From positions 35,280,001 through 35,344,000 of the forward strand of contig OZ076409.1 of NCBI GenBank assembly GCA_964187785.1: 64,000 nt of DNA. The letters are read 5' to 3'. Positions 1-12,110 of the stretch are shown piece after piece. The notes under the pieces are model-generated. The model worked only from the letters and a program-made list of their open reading frames with translations, searched no databases and was not told the DNA's origin. A program made the translations under genes and the position numbers. Positions within the stretch are counted from its first letter, which is position 1. Each line of letters opens with the position of its first letter. Origin of the DNA: Amphiscolops sp. MND2022 (lineage: Eukaryota).

Positions 1-2206
1 TGTCGATGCAGACTCCCAATACTTTCGTTGCTGAGGTAAATTGTATACTATTGCTCCCAAGAGGTATGGGATTCAACGGTTGTTGTTGTTGTTTTGTCGC
101 CGGCGAAAAATGAATGAGTTCTGATTTGTCCTTCTGACAGTTTACCACCATTCTCCACCGTTTCGTCCATATATCAATAGTTTTCATCACACTTTTCTTT
201 TCTGACATTGGCTCTTCCATTTTGTTTTCCGAAACTTTGACTGTTCCGTCGTCAGCGAATATGTATATGGCTATGTTATTCCGATAATCAAAACGTTCCT
301 CAAAAACATGTAAGAAGAACTTGAAGAGAATTTAGGATATCACTGATCCTTGTGGGAGCCCGTATTCCCCACATTTTTGGTTTGGGCCCTTCATTCCGTT
401 TACTTGCAGCGGTATCTCCCTATTGTTCATGAAGCCGTCCAAGAGGTTCATAAACTTCCCCGTTACTCCTTTTCCTCACAACTTGTCAGCTAAGCCCTTC
501 TTCCATACCGAGTGATAGGCCTTCTCGAAGTCAATAAAGAGGCATATCGTCTCTCTTTTGCTTTGTTTCTCGTCCTTTATCTGATTCACTAACCTGTTAA
601 GATACCGGATTTTGTTTCTGTTCCTGGAAAACCCTTCTTGATATTCGTCCCAGACATTGACTCGATTTAGGTGTTTGGCTAATCGTTCCGTTTATATTTT
701 CTCAAGCACCTTTGCAATGAAAGAGTTATTGAAATCGGCCGGTTCGCACCGTCACTTGCATATGAGGTTTTATCTTCCTTTCTAAAAAATATTTTTTTTC
801 GCTGCACGCCATACCCATGAGCCTGTTTCGATGCATCCATTGAATAAATGCGTTAGTGCCTGTATAGCGTTCGCGCCCGACCTCCTCAGCATCGAGGGAT
901 GGAAACCAGCATTATCGAAGCTTTTTGCGTGGCATTTGTACTTTTGGAGGGCTTGCGAGACTTCCCCGCCCGTTATCGTGTCGTTCAAGTCACTAATAGT
1001 ATCTTCTAAGCCTTTAAAGTCGTTCAACTTCAGGTCCTTGTATCGACTATTGGTTTCAATGAAGAAGTCTTTGTCGAAGTCTTTCTCGTTCTGCTTTATG
1101 TGTTTTGCTTCGAAAAACGTTTCGAGCGTTTCGTGTTCAATTTCTACATTTCCTGACAGTATTTCTTTCCGGTCGTTCCAGAGTGATTCAATTTGATTGC
1201 TTGTAATAGACTTCGTCATACGCTTCAACTGCCTCCAGAAACCCTCTGCTTGCGCTCGGTTGAGTTTGGACGTTTTCTGTGACAAGTGATCTTCTAGAGC
1301 CTTCTTCCTGGTATTCTCAAAAACTTCTTTCCACCTCCTATATTCCTCGAGGTTGTTATCCGTGTTTCTGGTCAGGTGGGATTTTAAAGCTTTCCGCCTT
1401 TTTCTTGAGATAACTGAAAGTTCCTCGGTCCAGTACGGTTTGGAATGAGGAGAAATTCGTTTTGTCTGACAATTTCGGGTAGGTGAGTTTTCAATTACCA
1501 ATCGAAATTTGTCATACAGCTTGTAGCATTCAGCTTCGTTTTTCGGTTCTTCGATACCTTTTGCTAATTGCTCCTCTATTTCTGCCGTCCAATTGAGCCA
1601 ATTCATCGATTGAAGATCCAGTTTCTCGACTACAGGATTTGCCTTTCTGGACTTCCTACCAAGGAGGGTTGCCCATACAGGTACGTGTCCCCTCGTCAGT
1701 GCACCCGTAGCAAGGTTGGCCAGTTTATCGGTGCAAATGTTTGTTATCTTGCCTGTAAGATTGCTAGATATCACCATGAAATCGATTTTACTTCATCGAT
1801 TTGCCGCTATGAAGGTTGGCGTTTCTGTTGTAATGATTGTGAAATCTTCCCAGTTCAGGTTATTCGTCAAAATTTCGCCATAAGTGTTTGTCTTCTCATC
1901 CCACGATAGATGTCGAGCGTTGAAGTCCGCCATAGTGATTATCCTTTTGCACCAGTGAAACTTCGCCATCTTTTCCGCACATTTCAACATCTTGAGGAAT
2001 TCCATAACCCCTTTTTCATACCCCAGTTTCAAATACGTATTACCAACCAGGAGCCTATCTCTGTCCCATTCCAAAACCCCGCATGCGGTGTCTATGCTTT
2101 TTGATTGCTCGGATTTTTCAACCAGTTGGATGAAGCTCAGACCATTCTTCACGAGAAATGCACATCCTTTGTTCTGTTGTTCATTGGTGTCTTGATAAAT
2201 GGCCAT
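1..2206 (-). mobile_element. Decayed non-LTR retrotransposon (LINE) ORF2: APE endonuclease + reverse transcriptase, frameshifted, runs off the left edge
   Basis: ORF 1793..2206 has the APE-type motif ADFNARHLSWD...TPTF. ORF 782..1777 has the linker PYWTEEL and the start of RT. Manual minus-strand translation gives FIDFEKAY (~520-540), GLPQGSVIS (~337-362), IFADD (~248-262) and KVLGV (~11-25). Confidence 0.9.
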
Positions 2207-2223
2207 GTTATAGATGTTTGCTT

Positions 2224-2283
2224 TCTCGAAGGTCCCCGTTTCTTGCAGGCAAATCTCGAAGGTCCCCGTTTCTTGCAGGCAAA
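2224..2283. repeat. Perfect 30 bp tandem duplication (tctcgaaggtccccgtttcttgcaggcaaa x2)
   Basis: Read directly from the sequence, at the 5' end of the LINE fragment. Confidence 0.95.
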
Positions 2284-2309
2284 TCCAGGTTGTGATGGAT
2301 AAAACTCAA

Positions 2310-3532
2310 AAGTAGTGGAATAAGACCTAAAAACACGAATAAGACCTAAAACGCGGAATCAAACCTAAAAAACGGAAATAAGGCCTAAAATAGGAACGGG
2401 AACAAGGTCTAAAATAGAGAATAGGACCTTAAAAGTTAATTAAAAAAACATTCAATTCCAAATTTTATTCCAAAATTTTGCAAAACATGAAATTATTGAA
2501 AGATGACACTTGGGGCAATTCAGTCGCTCAATGCAAATTGTACAAAGCATGTGCCCACACGGAGTGGCACAAAGCTCAATTTTTAGGTTCTCGCAAAAAC
2601 TGCAGTAGGTAAAATCTGTCAAGTCCATCTCGTCACAGTCGAGACCGATATTAAATTCATCAGGAGACACATCGGTTTCTTCATTTTCTGAATCATGATT
2701 CTCTTTTTCCTCCGATTGACTTTTGTCAAATGATTGCTCTGTGACATGTGCCACAACCTTCGAATATTCCAGGCTGGTGTACCTGCCTTCTTCTACTTTT
2801 TGTTCAGCTTTGCTGATATAACGATCGACTCTTTTGCTTGATTGGCGTTTATATTGGCGAGTCAGAATACCTTCACCGAGTTGAATTGTTTCCAAATGAT
2901 ACGCTTTCGCAACAGATTTCAATTTAGTCAGAAAGTACCAAAAGATTGGTCGTTTTTGGGCCATACGCTTCCCGACATTACTGTGAAATCCTTTTAATTC
3001 CAAATTTTTTCGCATAGTTGATGACAAATTTGGATACGGACTTATTTGAGCGTTGGAATCTTCGACATGGTTGTTGAATATATCACGAAGTGCCAGTGGA
3101 GTTTCTTCGGAATCCTCTTTTATTTTGGCTCCAATTTTTAGTTTTTGGATAGAATTCGAGTCTCCATCATGGCAATGTGACCGATTTTCAAAAAGTTGTC
3201 CATTCTCGATGCTGGCGGTACCTGGGCATTTTTTCCGATAAAATTGGCATCTAAGGTTCATTCTTCCATTATATTCATTGTTTTTTATATAAATATACCC
3301 ATTCGAGCAGTAAACCTTCGAACCTTTCCTCTTTCCTTCAATCATTTCGTATTCCATTCCGACTGAAAAACTCAGAAAACCAATTTTACCAATGTATCGA
3401 AAAATACCTAAACTCAGGAATAAGACCTAAATTTTCGGGTCTTAATCCTGAAAATAAATTTCATTTTACATTTTAGGTCTTATTCTCGTTTTTGATTTAG
3501 GTTTTTTTCCTTAGGTCTTATTCCGTTCCCCC
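2310..3532 (-). mobile_element. Mutator/MULE-like DNA transposon derivative with repeated subterminal motifs
   Basis: About six GGAATAAGACCTAAAA-like copies at 2316-2432 and inverted copies (TTTAGGTCTTATTCC-like) at ~3470-3524 ending ...gttccccc. They flank a FLYWCH-containing ORF. The left terminus is not recognisable. Confidence 0.7.
2452..3357 (-). CDS. 301 aa FLYWCH zinc finger + MULE transposase C-terminal remnant + acidic tract + C3HC4 RING finger; DDE core apparently deleted
   Basis: FLYWCH-like NGYIYIKN...LRCQFYRKKCPGTA...HCH. NLELKGFHS resembles the TNNxxEGWH motif that follows the MULE DDE domain. RING: CSFC...PCGHMLCTIC...CPKC. Confidence 0.7.
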   Translation of the reverse strand: MEYEMIEGKRKGSKVYCSNGYIYIKNNEYNGRMNLRCQFYRKKCPGTASIENGQLFENRSHCHDGDSNSIQKLKIGAKIKEDSEETPLALRDIFNNHVEDSNAQISPYPNLSSTMRKNLELKGFHSNVGKRMAQKRPIFWYFLTKLKSVAKAYHLETIQLGEGILTRQYKRQSSKRVDRYISKAEQKVEEGRYTSLEYSKVVAHVTEQSFDKSQSEEKENHDSENEETDVSPDEFNIGLDCDEMDLTDFTYCSFCENLKIELCATPCGHMLCTICIERLNCPKCHLSIISCFAKFWNKIWN

Positions 3533-3611
3533 GTCTTCTCCCGTCAACATGATGATACACATGGCACTTGATTGATGACGAGGATCCATGATATCTGATA
3601 GAGGGAAAAAA

Positions 3612-5420
3612 ATTTACGCCCTCCAGCCTGGGTGGCAGTGGTTCCCGGGTTGCATAAAGAGCCTTGATTCAGGCGATTGGGTGCGAGAGCATCCACAATC
3701 GTGATATCCCACACCAGCTGTTTACCCATTTCCCAAGGAATCATGGTAACACCGTCTGGGCGTTTGCCATCAGTTCGGTACAGTTACCAGGCGGTTCGAG
3801 CATTGAAGGCAAGTCGAGAGATCCCAACATCAGCTTTATGAGAGAATTGAGAGTAGCATGACGTGAGAAGCAACCAGTACTCTTGGTGCAAGAAAGACCG
3901 TGTAAGCCGTCCCGTTCTACTCTTTTACCACAGTGGCACGTATGCGCAAGGCAGATGTTGGCACCGAGACGCAAACCAATTGAAATTCGAAGTTGCTGAT
4001 CATCAAGTTTAAGGTCTAGGTTCTTGCAAGGAACGACATTCGGCCATTGAGACCCGAATTTGCCTTGATGAGCGTCAAAATCTTTCGAACGTTTGTCATC
4101 TATTCTATCTTTTTCTGAGTTCCATCGAGAGGACTTTCCTGTTCATTCTTAAAACTCAACCGTTTCTCAAGAGCTTTTGTAAACGAAACATCTTCGAATG
4201 TTTCCGAGAAAATCGTCGTGAGAAAGTCATTTGCACCAAAAGCAGAGGTTAGAAAGGCGGGAAGTGCTAATAATGATGCGGATGAAACCCAAGACCACCC
4301 ATTTCAGCGGGCAGAGCCAGCTGAGTATTCGAAATAACGCCGAAGTTAACGTTACACACTTTGGAAAGCCCGTCGCGCACGGTTTTGTCATTTTTTTCCA
4401 AGAGAGCTGGATGATTAAAACACGTACTGGTTCTCAGGAAGTACAACAACTTTGGCAAACTGAAGCAATTTTTCAACATAAAAAATCATAAAGCGCATCT
4501 AGTTTTTCAACAACCCCGCTAACTTTTTCCAGTTCAAAAACTTTCTTTTCCGAAAGGTCTGCTTGTGATTTCGTGCCGAGCGGTGATCCAAGGTTGATAA
4601 TTGCCTACAGCGATAAGACGAAGTCCTCCATCGGGCTTTTTTAGCGCAATAAGTTTCGTACCGAAGAAATACGGCCGAAGTTCAGAAGATACTTTTCGTA
4701 CGAGAATCACACTGACAAGATTTGTTAAGGCTCTGAGAAAATTCAGTCCAGTTTGCCCGTTCGACTTGGCGGTCAAATCTTTCAAAATTGGGGCGAAATG
4801 CCATCCAACCCTGCACTAGAGCCGTTGGGGAAGGACATGAGAGCCTTGTGGGCGAAAAACTCCGAGGTTGAAAAACAATTAATATCTGTGGGGTCCGGAA
4901 CAGAGCAAGTTTCCCTCTGCTGATGTTTCAGCTTAAGGGCAGCGTAGTTGTCGACCGTGAAATCTGCAAACTTGTCGTCGCCTACTGCCATTCTGATTCC
5001 GGCCTCAACATTACTTTCGTCTTATTTAGTGCAAATGATACGCAGTCGGCGATCTAGCTCGCTTTTCTGCTGCGGTTTTCTGTCGCATTTCGGTTTTTTG
5101 GTTAATGACACCTTCCCGACTAAGCTTGTTGATAATTGCACTAAGTGATGACTGCTGACGTTTACCTCCTTGAGGTGGTTTTTTTTAAAAAAAACTTAGA
5201 GAGGAGAGCAGTAAGCACCACAAGGCAATATTTGACGGGGTTTCACAAACATCATTAATTTTGGGTGTTAATTTTTCAGCTAGGGGGATCCGTGAACTTT
5301 TAGGAATTCTTTTCAAGTGAACAACGTCTGATTTCAAAGGGTGTCTGGTCTAAAGTTATCATCCTGACACTGACGGATTGTGTTCACTAAAGAGCACCTA
5401 CTACATTTAAATTCGCCAAG
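3612..5420 (-). mobile_element. CRE-like non-LTR retrotransposon (restriction-like endonuclease type), decayed, RT core deleted
   Basis: SSAGLDGI, LIALKKPDGGLRLIAVG (RT start), LALPAEMGGLG, CHCGKRVERDGLHGLSC...RHATLN (zinc knuckle), [12 protein letters not shown] (RLE nuclease). LRLIAVGN at ~4600 abuts LGSPLG in another frame, so the RT centre is missing. Confidence 0.8.
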
Positions 5421-5875
5421 ACTCCAGGCTTCCGTTCTTGATAAATTGACACATTTTATGTAAACTCATCCGTTGCAAAGCCTACAATTCATCCAATCTA
5501 TCAACCCTGAGGGCTTCAGACACTTCGGAGCGTGAAGCAATCCGTATATAGATCAAAACCTTGAATTGTTAAAATGAAATAAAAATGGAATTACTTCACC
5601 GGGTTGTGATGGCTCTTTCAGCCCAAGTGCAGCGACAAACCGACAAAACAGCGTCAATGATGTTGTCCAGTTGTCTCAAATTCAAATCATTGCCATCTCT
5701 GAAGCTATTTAACGAGCCCATCACAACAATTAGGCACAAGCTAAACAGGCATGGCTATTATGCGCACACTCGACGTTCAAAAAACGAAGCTTCCGCTAGG
5801 TTTTCTTCCTGCCCAGCCTCATTTAGTAAGACATCCACATGGATTCAATCCTTAATCTGGATTGAATCTCGGATC

Positions 5876-6548
5876 CAAGTTGAGTTGAGTTGAGTTGTAT
5901 TGGCATACAGGCTATTGCCTCTGCACCAGCTCCTCTAGTTAAAGGGTCTTTCCGTTTCTGTTTAACATAGTCTGAATTGATTATTCTTCAAATGGTCATC
6001 CAGTTTCTTCTTGAAGTCACATAAATTGTTAGCGGAAACTACTGATGCTGGTAGATGATTTCAATCATTGGCTACACGCACTGAGAAGAATGTCTTTCTG
6101 AGTTTTAGCTTTGCATTCCTTGTCTTTAGTTGGATGTTATTCCCACGGTGAGTTCTATGAGAGCTCTTTCAGTCCGTTCGATGCTTTTTTGTCATAGAGG
6201 AAGTTCATGTTTGTATATCTCAATCAGAGCACCTCTCCTCCTTCTAAATTCCAGAGTGGGACGCTTCAGAGTCTCTAATCGTTCCTCATATGACAAGTTT
6301 CGAAGAGTTGGTATCAGTCGAGTTGTTCTGCGTTGAATGTTTTCAATTTGGGTTTTCTGTCTTTGGTATCTTGGAAACCAATTTTGTTTACAGTATTCTA
6401 GGTGCGGGCGGACTAATGATTTATACAGATTGACAACGATTTCCGTCAAGGTCGAGAAAGATTTCTTGGTGAGGCCAAGAAAGGTGTTAGCGTTTTTTGT
6501 TTTTGGCACTAAAGGTCTGCCGAAGTTCAGTTTTTCGTCTTTTTCCAC
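5876..6548 (-). mobile_element. 3' end of a CR1-type LINE with a (CAACT)n microsatellite tail
   Basis: YKSLVRPHLEYC...IENIQRRTTRLIP.LRNLSYEERL...TLEFRRRRG.LIEIYK, then FFSVRVAND...LPASVV...FKKKLD. (gagtt)n repeat at ~5878-5897. Confidence 0.9.
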
Positions 6549-6565
6549 TCCGAGATCCTTTTCCG

Positions 6566-7190
6566 GCTACAGGTCACTTGCTATACTGGGCATTTCCTAT
6601 AATATAGACAGGTCACTTCCTATAATGTCGACAGGTCATTTGCTATTATAATATAGATTAAAGCAAGTGACCTAGAAAATTATCGCAAGTTACCTGATAT
6701 GGTGACTATTCAAATCGTAGAATATTCAAATCGGCAATAAAACCAATGCAATTTAAAGCGTCGAAAGAAATCCATAGCAGCGAATATTTTCAGGTTAAAA
6801 TTTGTAGAGGTTAGCATATTTGTTGTATGGCTCGGTCGCTTCGCTTCCTGCGCCAAGTAGCAACATTGAGGCATGGCCTTGTGGCACGTCGCTTCGTTTC
6901 GTTTCGCACCTACTGTTAAGGCACTAGGGGTATGTGAACATATCTGACTACGTTATCGTAATTAGTTCGTGGCTTGTGCAGTATTCATTTTATTGAATTT
7001 GATTGGCTCATTGAATGACAGTTTGGTCACGTGACTATACGAGCAGGACCAGGTCATTTGCTATAATTTAATGAAACAATAGACGGTCACTTGCTATAAT
7101 CTTTTATAGCAAGTGACCGAAAAGGTATAGACAAAACCAGAAAGTCACTTGCTATAATATAGCTTTTTGTAGATTTTGACCGGCTCCCCC
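6566..7190. mobile_element. Non-autonomous DNA-transposon-like element with GGTCACTTGCTATA subterminal repeats
   Basis: About nine copies of the motif in both orientations, clustered at 6571-6696 and 7051-7156. No coding capacity seen. Confidence 0.6.
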
Positions 7191-7199
7191 TTTTCCGTG

Positions 7200-8259
7200 C
7201 TGGGTGTTCTACAATTAGCTGATGTCTTTGAGAACTTTGTGCAAACATCCACTGAAGAATACGGCATCAATATGTTATACTCATACTCAGGTGCTGGATA
7301 TACCTGGAAAGCTGGTTTAAGAATGACCAAAATCAAATAAGATTTTATAAAAGATAAAGATTTATTACTTTTTTTAAAAAACAATATACGTGGAGGAATT
7401 TCGAGTGTTATGGGTGATAGGCAAGTTGTATCGGATGTCAACAAACAAACCTTATGCATTGATGCAAATACTCTATATGGACGGTGTATGAGTCAATATA
7501 TTCGTACTGGCGAATTCGAAAAATTACTTTTAATTCCGAATATTTACACAGATACCGCGTGATTAAAATCTAGAGCAATTAGTTGAAGATTTATTACAAA
7601 TAGCAGATGATAATGAAAATGGATTCTTTATAGAATGTGATTTAGAATATCCACAAGATATCAAAGAAAAAAGTGAAAATGTCCTTATGTGTCCTTATCA
7701 AGTAGAAGCTAGTTGTGAGTTGTTCTCAGATTATATGAATTTTATTAAACAACCGAATTATAAACTAACCCAACAACTCGTGTGTGACTTAACAAACAAA
7801 CAAAAATATATGATGCACTACAGGATGTTCAAATTTCACATCAACATGGGTAAGAAAGTAACAAAGATGCATACAATCTACCGCTTCAAACAAAGTAAAT
7901 CTTTAGCAAGATACATTGATCATAACACCCAAAAACATACCAAAGCAGAAACAAACTTTGAAAAAGACTTGTACAAATTAATGAACAATGTTTCTTTGGT
8001 GAGACTGTGGAAAATCTAAGAGCTAGAACCAATCTAGATTTCATTGATCTTTCGCAAATACAGCAAATAAAAAAGAAGACAATCCGAGTTAGGTTTCAAA
8101 GGTTTTGCGGATCACTACTCCACGTTTAGCGTGTACAAGTTTGATAACGAACAAACCGTTTTTGATAAACCTGTAATATTGGGGTTCCGTGTGTTAGAAT
8201 TAAGTAAACTGTTACTGTATGAATTTAATTATAATAGTTTAGAACCGTATTGGCATGAC
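7200..8259 (+). pseudogene. pPolB: Protein-primed family B DNA polymerase, central part
   Basis: LADVFENF...NIRGGIS...IDANTLYG..MSQY (motif A), FFIECDLEY, KDLYKLMNN (motif B), FDKPVILGF.VLELSK.L.YEF.Y. Several frameshifts. Stops abruptly after ...PYWHD. Confidence 0.9.
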
Positions 8260-8789
8260 TGCGATCAAGTTTAATAATTACAGGAGAGACTACTTCTTTA
8301 GCATTTTTTTTCTTTTCGTTCATTTAATAATTTGGAAGTTTTCATTAGGAATTGAAGTTGCAATTATATGTAGTACTAAATTGTATTGTTAACAGTTGAC
8401 ATTTTTACTATTTTCTCAAGGGTTTTTCAACTACTTTAACATCTTTTCTACATACTATAAAGTATTTTTCAACTACTTTAACAGTCTTTTTACCACTAAG
8501 AAAGTAGTCGTTATACTTTATAGAGTATCTATAGAGTACAATATAAATAACTTCCAAAGAATAAATACTATATAAATAAAGAATTTTCAAAGAAAAATTT
8601 ATGAAAGTTGTGATGATGGTGAACAAGAAGTTTCTTGTGAAGAGTGTTTAAAAGTACTACCATCGACTGCTTCTCATATCTACACACACACGGGTAAGTT
8701 CGATAAAAAAATGTATATCATGTTTTATTGCTGATGTTGAGGGTAATTGTGGGAAGTTAGTTATTCGCACTAATTTGAATAAACACTTC

Positions 8790-9479
8790 ACTTGAAAATC
8801 TGTGTCCAGAAAATAAAACAAAAAGTAAATAATACAATTGATACAATTGATATTACAGTTGATACAATTAAAACAAATATTTTCATAATTGATACAGAAA
8901 CAAATTACAAATTAAATCGAACATTATTAGTTGGTCCAAAATTTTGTGATAAGACCCATTTGTTAGTAAACAAATTTCAATTATTTCGCTTGGATAATCC
9001 TGAACAACTAATAAAAATGAAAACTATATCTCCGGAACAGTACGGCAACGCTGGCTTTGCATTAGAACATAGAAGACGTTTCAGTGGAAGAAGATCTAGA
9101 AGATAGAACAATACAAGATTTTCAAAATTGTTGTGTTGTATTTGATGATATGTTGGATAGTAATCAAAACCCAATAGATCCATTTTTTTTACTAGAAGAA
9201 GACATAATGATTTATATGTTTATTCTTTATCACAGTAAAACTTTGATTTGCCTAAAAGAACAATTAGAAACAATTCGATATAAAAATTTTATTCCAACAA
9301 ACCTTGAAAAACATAGAACATATTCATACAGGCATAGCAGCTTTTAGTATGTCTTGGGATGAATTTAAAAGTCTTTGCGTAGAAGCATGGAAAGAAAAAT
9401 ATACTTAAATATTGATAAATAGGGTAGAAGATAAAAATGGTTAAAAAAATATAAGATTTGTAATGAATCTATGAATCTA
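8790..9479 (+). pseudogene. A32/FtsK-like DNA-packaging ATPase, copy 1
   Basis: Degenerate Walker A LLVGPKFCDKT, Walker B CCVVFDDML; frameshifted. Confidence 0.85.
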
Positions 9480-10215
9480 CAAATTTACATTATATCTACA
9501 CTGACCGTTTTGTTCTTAGTTTTGATTCAAACAACCAACAACTTTTTCCAACGAAACAAAATTGAATTTGATTTTGGTGAATTAGTGCTTTAAGTGATTT
9601 TAGTAAATCTCAGGAATTATACGATCCTATTACCAACAAAATTATAGGAAAAATGAAAGTTGAAACAAGTCCGGTATTAGTATTAGATAGCTTCACAGCC
9701 TTACGATCAAAGTCATATTTTTCTTCATACCAAAGGCACGAAGCGTATGATAACGCTATAGTACAAAAAGCAAAACAAAAAGGATTACAAAAAGCCCCCC
9801 AAATGTGAAGATTACAAGAATTTATTGTTTATGTCCGAAACGCCAAATGCAACAATGTATTCAATTCGTTCAAACTTACATCAATTATCAGTTGAAAAAC
9901 AAAACAAACTAGCTTTTAATCCTTTTGACGTTAAACGTATGTACTTAAATCGAATACAATGTTTAAAATAGAACAAACACACACAGCAAGGCGATTGTCC
10001 TTGTCTATTTTGTTTGAAGTTTATACTTTTATATCAGAACAAATTATTCGATGCCAGCTTTGTTGTAACTGAAAATTGTAAAACAAATGAAACAATACAG
10101 CAAAGCTGGCTTCATATACCGAAGGCGCTTCGCGTATGCTTAAATGATTGGTATTGGAAATAAAAATTAACCCATCAAGAGCTTTTAAAGCTGATAAGTG
10201 ATCGAGCACATCCTT
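9480..10215 (+). pseudogene. pPolB: pPolB C-terminal part, copy 1
   Basis: NLHYIYTDRFVLSFD (decayed YxDTDS motif C), IIGKMKVET, ALRSKSY, KAKQKG, FNPFDVKR. Confidence 0.85.
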
Positions 10216-10416
10216 TATAATTTTAAATCATTTAAAATAATATTTTTAATAAGGAATCTCTGATATCCTTAGATGATAAGTATATTTTATTACATTTATG
10301 TATATTTTTTAATATTCATATATATATAAATATCATATTGTTGTCATTAATAATTATATCAATATTATCATTTTAAATAAAATTATTATAAATTCATTCA
10401 TTATAAATTTTGTTTC

Positions 10417-11480
10417 TCATATTAAATCAAAATGCCTTTGTCCGTCACTACTGATAAGTATCAACTTGGGTTTTAGTACAAAGGCGTAAGCTATTAAATC
10501 TGCTACATTATTGGCAGCGCTAAATTTATATTCTAATCTGATAGGTTGACTCGCAAAATGATCTTTTTGTTTGGATAAGATAAATACATAGAAATTATAG
10601 TTTGTCCTGAGTTTATGCAAATCAAAAAATGGCCTCAATAGGTTAGTTTCATTTTTTAACCAAATGAGTTTTTCTATTTCTTGATATGCTTCACGGTAAT
10701 TGCATCTATCAGAGTCACCTTCACCTCCATCAATACGATATTTTTCTGATCCTATTTTACAAACAGCATTTGAAATAGATAAACGATCAAACATTGCATT
10801 ATCATGTGTTTGTGAATCACTTTTATCTCTAGCTTGAAATCCAACTATTACGAAAGATGGTGTTGATTCTCCACTTTTTCCCAGGTCAAAGGTCCAATTA
10901 TTGTTAGTGTTTACATCTTTTCTAAAAACATTCCGTTCCATGTAATACAATTCATTTGGATCTTTATTCTGTAATTCATCCATCTTAATTTGTTGGTTTT
11001 CTAAGCTAGGTGTAAAGTGTGGAATATTTTTGGAACCAACCAAAATTTTTGCTAACATTTTTTGCAGCATCACTTGTCTTTTGATAGCGACTGATTCCTC
11101 AAACACATACATCAATTCACTGACTTGTTGTTGGGAAGTTTATGCAATATACTCATTATAATATGGAGGTTGTCAACTTTTTCCAAAAAGTTCCCCGAAC
11201 TGGTTGTCAGCTTAGCTTCACTAAAAAAGCAACAGGCCCAAAATTTACTAGTGCTATTATCATTACTACTATCATTATCCACATGTCTTATATCGTCAGT
11301 TTCAAAATCTAATGATATTTAAAAGTTTTGTAAACAAATATATGCATCTTCTTTCGGCAAACTGATTGAAACATTTGAATTATTATTATTGATTGTACCG
11401 AAACTATCTGGAATTTATTTTATAAAATCAATTTTATGAATAGGTCTAACAAGAGCATACTTATTTTTCAAAGAAAATAT
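10417..11480 (-). pseudogene. Polinton/adintovirus major capsid protein (double jelly-roll), copy 1
   Basis: C-terminal pattern PSFVIVGFQ...DNAMFD...CKIGSEKY...YREAY...YNFYVF.LSKQ...IRLEYKF...AYAFV. N-terminal IHKIDFIK...ISLPKEDAY. In-frame stops and frameshifts. Confidence 0.75.
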
Positions 11481-11624
11481 TTCCAATTATAATAGAAAAA
11501 AGATTTGAAATCAGTTTTTAAAATTTATATTTATTTGCAAAGCCTAGACTTTCTTTCTAATATTATTTTTACAGAACAAACCTTTTTTTAAAAAATAAAC
11601 TTAGAAGTATTTTAGTTTAATTGT

Positions 11625-12110
11625 TTTTATTCACATCGTATCTTTGTTTTAGTTTGTTGTGTTCATTCAGATCTATTTTTTGTCTTCTAGACACTTTGTG
11701 TGTAGCTTTTGGAAGTTGTTTAAAGTTCCACCAGCATGTGTATATTTATTAAAATTGTGTTGTTCTTTTCTTTCCAGATACTCACCAATAAACTTACTGA
11801 AAATGCATACTCCAGCACGTATACCACTCGCGATGGGGACAACAACCTTTCCAACTCCGGTAACACTTAACAAGATACTTGTTGAAGAAACAGCCGATAC
11901 TAAATTTCCATCAGTAGATTGAAGTAAACAGTTTATAATTTTATAAGTCTTATATTTCTTTTTATACTTTTTAGCTTCATGATTATGAAAAAGTTTTATT
12001 ATATCTTTTATATTTTGAAATGAATTAAAAAAACTATTTATTTCATCCAGTCGTATATCTAAACCATCTGGATGCGCTTCGCTTAAACAAGAAAATAATT
12101 TTTCACTCAT
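11625..12110 (-). pseudogene. Conserved Polinton-type protein with a hydrophobic hairpin (KKYKK...SVTGVG..VVP...CLEDNKID), copy 1
   Basis: ORF 11673..12110. The motif layout resembles a small membrane-associated protein common in invertebrate Polintons; function unknown. Confidence 0.55.

Noticed and set aside
2316..2432. Short repeats with variable spacers that superficially resemble a CRISPR array
   Set aside because: Spacers are only a few bases, the repeats recur inverted at 3.4-3.5 kb around a transposase-derived ORF, the context is eukaryotic and no cas genes are present.
5585..5893. 102 aa plus-strand ORF
   Set aside because: Sits between two minus-strand LINE fragments and ends in the CR1 microsatellite tail; probably an antisense shadow frame.
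8408..8626. 72 aa hydrophobic ORF repeated four times
   Set aside because: Low-complexity AT-rich frame; it recurs only because of the tandem array.
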